Source: a virus. Taken from it: a DNA stretch of 5,343 bases. Each line of letters begins with the position of its first letter. The stretch's first letter is position 1. Location of the stretch: the IMG/VR virus record IMGVR_UViG_3300030397_000035. One strand, given 5' to 3'. Below the pieces are notes generated by a model, which worked only from the letters and a program-made list of their open reading frames with translations, was not told the DNA's origin and did not search any database. The translations under genes were made by a program, and so were the position numbers. This document shows positions 1-4,314 of the stretch, piece after piece.

Positions 1-101
1 AATTTAGAAAAGAGAATGCAGAGGAATATACGCCGGGCAGATTGTGGAGTAAACACTTATGCAAGAAGGCGCGAACAGATTTACGCGAAAGGACTCTGTA
101 G
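1..101 (+). CDS. VP4: Duplicate copy of the 3' end of the VP4 replication initiator gene (partial, an artefact of linearisation)
   Basis: Identical to 5221-5321. The reading frame ends at TAG 99-101, which corresponds to the VP4 stop at 5319-5321. Confidence 0.9.
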   Translation, partial: FRKENAEEYTPGRLWSKHLCKKARTDLRERTL

Positions 102-123
102 GAACTGTATGGGATGTTTATGA
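1..123. repeat. Left copy of the 123-nt terminal redundancy of a circular genome (identical to 5221-5343)
   Basis: Base-by-base comparison of lines 1-123 and 5221-5343 shows identity over all 123 nt. This pattern is expected when a circular genome is assembled or linearised with an overlap. The unit length is 5220 nt. Confidence 0.97.
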
Positions 124-298
124 TGAGAGATACGATTCCCATTATGTACCAAGATGCAGCGTATGCGGAGGATATAAGGAGGGACTATTTGTACACTGGT
201 TTTTTACCGGATTGTATTGCCGAGCATGTATACAGTACAAGTTGTATGGTGATTTCCGGACGATTGAAAATATTAACGAAGGAGTAAGAAATGGTTAA
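59..298 (+). CDS. Hypothetical 79-aa protein with a CxxC-N17-CxxC zinc-ribbon-like motif
   Basis: ATG at 59 is preceded by GGAG at 46-49 (9-nt spacer). Cysteines fall at residues 33, 36, 54 and 57 (CSVC...CRAC, nt 155-229). The start overlaps the VP4 3' end by 43 nt in a different frame. The stop TAA 296-298 overlaps the next gene's ATG at 291. It sits on the same strand and in the same packing pattern as the core genes. I recognise no family. Confidence 0.6.
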   Translation: MQEGANRFTRKDSVGTVWDVYDERYDSHYVPRCSVCGGYKEGLFVHWFFTGLYCRACIQYKLYGDFRTIENINEGVRNG

Positions 299-581
299 GC
301 CTATGTATGCTATTTATGATTCAGTTAGTTGTGTATATGATCGCCCGTTTCCAGCGATGAATGATCAAGATGCTATTAGAAGTTTTACTAGTGTAGCGAT
401 GAATAAAGACACGGTTATTGGACAGCATCCAGAACATTTTAAATTGTTTAGAATTGGTAAATGGAATGATGCAGAAGGGAAGTTGTTTGGTGAGGGACCG
501 CATCATATTGCGTCCGCTCATGAGATAGTCTCTAAAGTTGTTGCGCTTGAGTCGGATACGGCCGTTGGGGGTACTGCTTAA
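291..581 (+). CDS. VP5: VP5-like small non-structural protein of gokushoviruses (96 aa)
   Basis: GAAGGAG at 278-284 lies 6 nt upstream of ATG 291. The N-terminal pattern MYAIYDSVSCVYDRPFPAMNDQDAIRSF...HPEHFKLFRIGKWND matches my recollection of the conserved small protein encoded just upstream of VP1 in gokushoviruses. The position immediately 5' of VP1 fits (TAA 579-581 is followed directly by the VP1 ATG at 582). Confidence 0.7.
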   Translation: MVKPMYAIYDSVSCVYDRPFPAMNDQDAIRSFTSVAMNKDTVIGQHPEHFKLFRIGKWNDAEGKLFGEGPHHIASAHEIVSKVVALESDTAVGGTA

Positions 582-2165
582 ATGCCTAGTTCAGTTATGA
601 CACATAGTTTTTCGGAGGTGCCGCGCGCGGAAATTCCGCGCTCGTCCTTTAATCGGTCGCATGGTGTAAAGACTACGTTTGATGCGGATTATCTTATTCC
701 CATTTTAGTAGATGATATTGTTCCCGGTGACACGTTTAATGTAAATATGTCGTTTTTTGCTAGATTGGCGACGCCGTTGCATCCGATTATGGATAATATG
801 TTTCTGGAGTCGTTTTTCTTCTTTGTTCCGTATCGTTTATTGTGGGATAATTTTGAGAAGTTTCACGGTTCTCAGGTCGATCCGGCGGATTCTATTGACT
901 TTACTATTCCGGCTCAGAGTTCCGGTACTACGGTTGATATTAGAAGTGGTAATGACGGTGCGTTAAGAACGTATATGGGTTTACCGCCTAATTCAAGTGT
1001 GGACTTGTCAGAGATTTCGGCGTTGCCTACGCGGGCTTATAACCTTATTTGGAATGAGTGGTTTAGGGATCAGAATTTACAGGATTCACTTACTGTGGAA
1101 ACGGATGATGGCCCTGATACTTATGCTTCTTATGCGTTGGTCAAGCGTGGTAAACGGCATGATTATTTTACTTCCGCGTTACCGTGGCCGCAGAAAGGTG
1201 ATGCGGTAGATTTGCCGTTGGGTACTGTTGCAGAGGTCCATACTGCTGCGGGTGTCGCTGGTAATATCGGTATTTATTCCGATTCGACTAGTTCCTATAA
1301 GTTGATGGACCCTAATACTGGCGCGGGTTTTGTGCAGGTTGATTCTGGTACGACTAATGCACAGACTAACGTTATGTATGCTGATTTGTCTAGTGCTACA
1401 TCGGCAACGATTAATGATTTGCGTTTGGCGTTTCAGACTCAGCGTTTATTAGAGAGAGATGCTCGTTCAGGCACCCGTTATAATGAGATGATTTTGGCGC
1501 ATTTCGGTGTGACGGTTCCAGATTTCCGCGTACAGAGGCCGGAATATTTGGGCGGTGGTAGTACGCGTGTGAACGTGACGCCTGTAGCGCAGACGTCGGG
1601 GCAGCCGACTCCTGCTGCGGATGATGCTCTAGGCTTGCTTGGCGGTTTTGGTACAGCTAGCGGGACTCATGGTTTTACTAAGTCGTTTGTTGAGCATGGT
1701 GTATTGATCGGTCTGGTTAACTTGCGTGCGGATATTACGTACAGTCAGGGTGTAGAGAGATATTGGCATAAATCGACTCGGTATGATTTCTATTATCCGG
1801 TTTTGTCGATGATTGGCGAGCAGGCAGTGCTTGATCAGGAGATTTTTTATCAGAATACAAGTGCTGATGATGATGTCTTTGGTTATCAGGAGCGTTATGC
1901 AGAATACAGGTATAAGCCGTCAAGATTGACTGGTTTGTTTGCTGTTGATCATGCTAGTAGCTTGAAAGCGTGGCATTTGTCGGAAGATTTCGGAAGTTTG
2001 CCGACTTTGGGCGATACGTTTATTCAGTCTAATACAGGTACGCCTTTGGATCGGGCTATTGCTGTTAATACAGAGCCGCATTTGCTATTTGATGCGCATT
2101 TTAACATGCAGTGTGCTCGACCAATGCCGTTGTTTGGTGTTCCGGGTAACTTGGATAGGTTCTAA
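582..2165 (+). CDS. VP1: Major capsid protein VP1 (phiX174 F-protein family), 527 aa
   Basis: This is the longest ORF. The N-terminal motifs [20 protein letters not shown] and [14 protein letters not shown], and the C-terminal motifs, are characteristic of Microviridae/Gokushovirinae major capsid proteins. Size and gene order (VP1-VP2-VP3) fit. An alternative start at Met6 (nt 597) is possible. Confidence 0.93.
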   Translation: MPSSVMTHSFSEVPRAEIPRSSFNRSHGVKTTFDADYLIPILVDDIVPGDTFNVNMSFFARLATPLHPIMDNMFLESFFFFVPYRLLWDNFEKFHGSQVDPADSIDFTIPAQSSGTTVDIRSGNDGALRTYMGLPPNSSVDLSEISALPTRAYNLIWNEWFRDQNLQDSLTVETDDGPDTYASYALVKRGKRHDYFTSALPWPQKGDAVDLPLGTVAEVHTAAGVAGNIGIYSDSTSSYKLMDPNTGAGFVQVDSGTTNAQTNVMYADLSSATSATINDLRLAFQTQRLLERDARSGTRYNEMILAHFGVTVPDFRVQRPEYLGGGSTRVNVTPVAQTSGQPTPAADDALGLLGGFGTASGTHGFTKSFVEHGVLIGLVNLRADITYSQGVERYWHKSTRYDFYYPVLSMIGEQAVLDQEIFYQNTSADDDVFGYQERYAEYRYKPSRLTGLFAVDHASSLKAWHLSEDFGSLPTLGDTFIQSNTGTPLDRAIAVNTEPHLLFDAHFNMQCARPMPLFGVPGNLDRF

Positions 2166-2797
2166 TGTCTCTTGAAGCGTTTGTAACAGGTGGTTTGGGT
2201 AGCATCTTTTCTGGTCTAGGCCAGCATAGTGCTAATAAAACTAATGTTAAACTAATGAGGGAGGCTAATGCTTTTACTGAAAGGATGTCGAATACTGCTG
2301 TACAGCGTAGGATGGCTGACTTGGAAGCTGCTGGAATTAATCCTATACTCGCTGGTAAGTTTGATGCTTCTACTCCTGCTAGTGCTCTTGCTACCGTCGG
2401 TAATGTCGGCGAAGCTGCTGTGGCTGGTGCACAAGGAGGCATGACGGCTGGTGTAGCTGGTGCTAGTTTGGGGCCTACATTGGATCAAATTGGTGCTCGG
2501 GCTGATTTAAGTCGAAGGCAGACGGAAGCGTTAGGATTGGTGGCTGAAGCATCTAGTAACGCCGGTGCTTTTCTGAAAACATTGCTCGAAAAGATTCAGA
2601 GTACAGATTTTACGTCTCTGGATATCGAGAATATGTTGGAGTTTTTCAAGGCAGATATGAAAGACACAGCACGAAGTTTAATGGAAAGTATCGCAGAGGG
2701 TATACATAAGCGTTTTGATCAAGTGAGCGATGATATAGCCAATTGGTATTATGATTCCGACGGTAATCGTCGAAGAAATAGAGAAGGAAACTATTAA
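2165..2797 (+). CDS. VP2: Minor capsid / DNA pilot protein VP2, 210 aa
   Basis: There is a TAATG overlap with the VP1 stop (2163-2167). It carries the conserved gokushovirus VP2 signature [23 protein letters not shown], followed by a Gly/Ala-rich segment and a helical C-terminus. It is positioned between VP1 and VP3. Confidence 0.88.
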   Translation: MSLEAFVTGGLGSIFSGLGQHSANKTNVKLMREANAFTERMSNTAVQRRMADLEAAGINPILAGKFDASTPASALATVGNVGEAAVAGAQGGMTAGVAGASLGPTLDQIGARADLSRRQTEALGLVAEASSNAGAFLKTLLEKIQSTDFTSLDIENMLEFFKADMKDTARSLMESIAEGIHKRFDQVSDDIANWYYDSDGNRRRNREGNY

Positions 2798-3273
2798 TGA
2801 GTATGCTTGGAACTAGGCAGCCTACTGCTGAAGATTATAAGAAAACGAGAATGACGAAACAGTCATTTAAAGATAGTACAGATATTAATAAGATACTAAA
2901 GAAGGCGCAGACTAAGGGAACTGTGGCCCATTTGCAGAAGTATCCTGCAATGGTATACGGAGAGTTTACAGGGCAAGATTTGCAAGAGTCGTTGGCACTA
3001 ATAAATAAAGCTAATGAAATTTTTGCAGAGGCGCCTAGTGAGATTCGGAGAGAGTTCGATAATGATGCGTTGAAGTTTGCGGCATTTGCGAGTGATCCGG
3101 CTAATATTGATAGATTGCCGGAGTTGTTGCCGAAGATTGCTGAACCGGGGTCATATTTCCCGAACCCGGTGAAGCGATCGGCAGTGGAGCCGGTGAGTCC
3201 TCAACCGGCTCCGGAGGGTGGCGATGCACCCTCTGGGACTGACGGAGGTGTCAGTCCCCCAGAGAGTGTCTAG
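2797..3273 (+). CDS. VP3: Internal scaffolding protein VP3, 158 aa, with a Pro/Gly/Ser-rich C-terminal tail
   Basis: There is a TAATG overlap with the VP2 stop (2795-2799). The motifs MTKQSFKDSTDINKILKK, YGEFTG and EIRREFDNDALKFAAFASDPAN resemble gokushovirus VP3. The last ~30 residues (SAVEPVSPQPAPEGGDAPSGTDGGVSPPESV) are low complexity and are encoded by a run of DNA hairpins. Confidence 0.85.
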   Translation: MSMLGTRQPTAEDYKKTRMTKQSFKDSTDINKILKKAQTKGTVAHLQKYPAMVYGEFTGQDLQESLALINKANEIFAEAPSEIRREFDNDALKFAAFASDPANIDRLPELLPKIAEPGSYFPNPVKRSAVEPVSPQPAPEGGDAPSGTDGGVSPPESV

Positions 3274-3287
3274 TAGGCTCTCTGGGG
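3187..3287 (+). other. Four consecutive perfect stem-loops spanning the VP3 3' end and its stop codon
   Basis: Inverted repeats verified by hand. GAGCCGGT 3187-3194 pairs with ACCGGCTC 3204-3211 (8 bp). GAGGGTG 3214-3220 pairs with CACCCTC 3227-3233 (7 bp). GGGACTGAC 3235-3243 pairs with GTCAGTCCC 3250-3258 (9 bp). CCCCAGAGAG 3257-3266 pairs with CTCTCTGGGG 3278-3287 (10 bp), and the loop of this last one contains the VP3 TAG at 3271-3273. A weaker 6-bp pair lies at 3144-3149 / 3165-3170. Confidence 0.85.
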
Positions 3288-3322
3288 CCCGCCCTGGCTA
3301 ACGCTAGGGCGGGCTTTTTTTT
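3287..3322 (+). terminator. Rho-independent terminator 1
   Basis: GCCCGCCCT 3287-3295 pairs perfectly with AGGGCGGGC 3306-3314. The stem can extend by 3 more pairs to a TAAC loop. It is followed immediately by eight T residues (3315-3322). Confidence 0.85.
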
Positions 3323-3328
3323 GGTACG

Positions 3329-3356
3329 CGCGCGGTAACTTTCCCGCGCGTTTTTT
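3329..3356 (+). terminator. Rho-independent terminator 2 (in tandem with terminator 1)
   Basis: CGCGCGG 3329-3335 pairs with CCGCGCG 3344-3350 (7 bp, all G/C, 8-nt loop). It is followed by six T residues (3351-3356). Confidence 0.75.
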
Positions 3357-3387
3357 GCATGTGCTACGCGAAGGTTTAGCAAGAAGG

Positions 3388-3430
3388 AATGCAAGGTCCG
3401 TGCCAATATTGGCCTTGCATTTTCGTTTTT
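3388..3430 (+). promoter_or_regulatory. Stem-loop enclosing a 12-bp perfect palindrome, followed by a T-rich tract (a third terminator-like element or an operator)
   Basis: AATGCAAGG 3388-3396 pairs with CCTTGCATT 3413-3421 (9 bp). The palindrome GCCAATATTGGC occupies 3402-3413 inside and overlapping the stem. TTTCGTTTTT follows at 3421-3430. Confidence 0.5.
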
Positions 3431-3443
3431 CGTATGGTTTAAT
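3415..3443 (+). promoter_or_regulatory. Candidate sigma70-type promoter for the accessory cassette (TTGCAT-N17-TTTAAT)
   Basis: TTGCAT at 3415-3420 and TTTAAT at 3438-3443 are separated by a 17-nt spacer. The pair lies about 29 nt upstream of the strong SD/ATG at 3461-3474. Both hexamers are imperfect, and the alternative -10 boxes TAATAT and TATATT overlap at 3440-3448. Confidence 0.3.
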
Positions 3444-3471
3444 ATATTTGCGTTAACAAAAGGAGGACGCT

Positions 3472-3642
3472 ATGAAAAACCATGATCTATGGGTTGAAGA
3501 TTGGAAACTACACGTAAGGCAGTTACGCGATGTCTTTTATGGCGCTAACTTTTCTGCCGAAGAATGGAAGGAATTTCTAAGCGAGATGGACGATATTATC
3601 GAAGCTGCCCACTCTAATGCGGAGGAATGGAATCGTGAATGA
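3472..3642 (+). CDS. Hypothetical 56-aa acidic, Trp-rich protein (not in the supplied ORF track)
   Basis: Hand translation gives MKNHDLWVEDWKLHVRQLRDVFYGANFSAEEWKEFLSEMDDIIEAAHSNAEEWNRE, ending at TGA 3640-3642. AGGAGG at 3461-3466 lies 5 nt before ATG 3472, the best SD in the window. It is the first ORF after the terminators. It has 14 acidic and 6 basic residues and 4 Trp. Its stop overlaps the likely GTG start of the next ORF (GTGAATGA). Confidence 0.7.
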   Translation: MKNHDLWVEDWKLHVRQLRDVFYGANFSAEEWKEFLSEMDDIIEAAHSNAEEWNRE

Positions 3643-3838
3643 TGCACTTTTGAGTTTGATTGAAGCGGAGCAGCGTAAAGCCGACAGGCGGCGCGCTGCT
3701 ATTGAAGCGACTAAGTTGGAGATAGAACTAATTGGTGATAGTGTGAAACTGCGCGGTAAGCTGCAAAGGCAGGAAGCGGCCTTGCAGCAAAGTTTGGATA
3801 ATTTGGAGAAGTTGAACCGCGCAGGTAAGAAGAAGTAA
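3617..3838 (+). CDS. Hypothetical basic coiled-coil protein (73 aa from ATG 3617, more likely 67 aa from GTG 3635)
   Basis: The ORF track gives ATG 3617, but there is no SD upstream of it. GGAGG at 3621-3625 lies 9 nt before an in-frame GTG at 3635, which overlaps the upstream stop. The sequence is Leu/Glu/Lys/Arg/Gln-rich with heptad-like spacing and a KKK C-terminus (15 basic and 11 acidic residues in the 67-aa form). I recognise no family. Confidence 0.6.
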   Translation: MRRNGIVNDALLSLIEAEQRKADRRRAAIEATKLEIELIGDSVKLRGKLQRQEAALQQSLDNLEKLNRAGKKK

Positions 3839-4063
3839 ATGTATTACAGGGTCGGGGGAAACCCCGACCCTGTGTTAAAGTGGCCGCTGCGCGGCCTGTG
3901 GAGTCGCCTAAAGGCGACCCTCTTCAGGCGCCAGCGCGAAAAGGAGTCGCGCCTACGCTGCGCTACGGCGCGACGATTGCCTATTGCTTGGCTTTGGAGG
4001 GTCTATGAAGATTTTGGTAATATTGTCCGTACCCTTTTTTCTAAACGGATGCGGTGCGTTTAG
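3839..4063 (+). CDS. Questionable 74-aa Arg/Trp-rich ORF running through the hairpin array
   Basis: In its favour, the ATG at 3839 directly abuts the preceding TAA (TAAATG), which fits the coupling pattern seen elsewhere. Against it, there is no SD and the third codon positions are G/C-rich, unlike the T-ending codons of the other genes. The R/W/L-rich composition is typical of a chance ORF in GC-rich palindromic DNA. It also overlaps the better-supported 4005-4202 ORF by 59 nt. Confidence 0.2.
   Translation: MYYRVGGNPDPVLKWPLRGLWSRLKATLFRRQREKESRLRCATARRLPIAWLWRVYEDFGNIVRTLFSKRMRCV
3846..3873 (+). other. Perfect 12-bp stem with a GAAA tetraloop immediately after the coiled-coil ORF
   Basis: ACAGGGTCGGGG 3846-3857 pairs with CCCCGACCCTGT 3862-3873, and the loop is GAAA (3858-3861). 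It starts 8 nt after the TAA at 3836-3838. No T-run follows, so it is not a canonical intrinsic terminator. Confidence 0.85.
3882..3974 (+). repeat. GC-rich array of three further stem-loops, two of them sharing a GGAGTCGC arm
   Basis: GGCCGC 3882-3887 pairs with GCGGCC 3891-3896. GTCGCC 3903-3908 pairs with GGCGAC 3913-3918 (TAAA loop). GTCGCGCC 3946-3953 pairs with GGCGCGAC 3967-3974 (13-nt loop). The direct repeat GGAGTCGC occurs at 3900-3907 and 3943-3950. The region is visibly more GC-rich than the rest of the genome. Confidence 0.75.
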
Positions 4064-4202
4064 TGCTACTAACTTGCGCTGCGGTACGGACGGCGATAGT
4101 AGTTATGTTGAAATTATTTCTGCTCCGCAGAGTGTTTCGGCTAATGTTCGGGCTATGTCCGATTTGTGTGCGTTTGCTTATGAAGGAGATAACGATGGCT
4201 AG
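4005..4202 (+). CDS. Small secreted protein or putative lipoprotein, 65 aa (signal peptide MKILVILSVPFFLNG followed by Cys16)
   Basis: GGAGG at 3996-4000 lies 4 nt before ATG 4005, so I prefer this start to the TTG at 3984 given in the track. The N-terminus has one Lys, then a hydrophobic stretch, then L-N-G-C, which resembles a lipobox although Asn at -2 is non-canonical. The mature part is ~50 aa with two more Cys (26 and 55) and an acidic C-terminus. The T-ending codon usage matches the core genes. The stop TAG 4200-4202 overlaps the VP8 start (ATGGCTAG). Confidence 0.6.
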   Translation: MKILVILSVPFFLNGCGAFSATNLRCGTDGDSSYVEIISAPQSVSANVRAMSDLCAFAYEGDNDG

Positions 4203-4314
4203 ACGTAGTAAATTATCTTACGGTGGTTCTAAGCGTTTGTTTACGGCTACGGCTTCTAAAACTAATAGTATGAATGTGAAGCCTCGGCCGATGCGTGGCG
4301 GTATTCGTTTGTAG
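4195..4314 (+). CDS. VP8: Small basic DNA-binding/packaging protein (VP8, phiX174 J-protein analogue), 39 aa
   Basis: GAAGGAG at 4182-4188 lies 6 nt before ATG 4195. The product is MARRSKLSYGGSKRLFTATASKTNSMNVKPRPMRGGIRL, with 10 of 39 residues K/R and no D/E. The C-terminal PMRGGIRL is as I recall for gokushovirus ORF8 proteins. It lies immediately upstream of VP4. The track's 86-aa version (GTG 4054) has no SD. Confidence 0.8.
   Translation: MARRSKLSYGGSKRLFTATASKTNSMNVKPRPMRGGIRL

Noticed and set aside
321-521. Minus-strand 66-aa ORF
   Set aside because: It lies entirely antisense to the well-supported VP5-like gene and has no SD. Microviridae encode all genes on one strand, and the composition looks like a chance antisense frame.
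757-1209. Two + strand off-frame ORFs inside VP1 (757-966 and 997-1209), considered as overprinted genes like phiX174 E or K
   Set aside because: No SD precedes either start. The Arg/Leu/Cys/Trp-rich sequences are typical of off-frame translation of a T/G-rich gene. Without comparative evidence of dual-frame constraint they cannot be supported.
1735-1923. Minus-strand 62-aa ORF inside VP1
   Set aside because: It is antisense to the major capsid gene and has no initiation signals. It is a chance ORF.
2101-2488. Two minus-strand ORFs (2101-2442 and 2252-2488) opposite the VP1 end and VP2
   Set aside because: They are antisense to the Ala/Gly-rich VP2 region, which naturally leaves antisense frames open. 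They have no SD, and their low-complexity Ala/Ser/Thr/Pro-rich composition looks non-genic.
3431-3458. AT-rich segment CGTATGGTTTA-ATATAT-TTGCGTTAACA examined as an XerC/XerD dif-like site, since some gokushoviruses lysogenise through dif
   Set aside because: Against the E. coli dif arms I count only about 5/11 and 7/11 matches, which is not distinguishable from chance in AT-rich DNA. The host and its dif sequence are unknown. It would need comparison with candidate host dif sites to revive.
3941-3946. AAGGAG Shine-Dalgarno-like motif in the hairpin array
   Set aside because: No ATG, GTG or TTG lies within a workable distance downstream, so it does not define a gene.
3984-4004. TTG start at 3984 for the signal-peptide ORF (72-aa version in the track)
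   Set aside because: GGAGG at 3996-4000 lies downstream of that TTG and is correctly placed for ATG 4005. Starting at 4005 also gives a canonical signal-peptide N-terminus (MK...).
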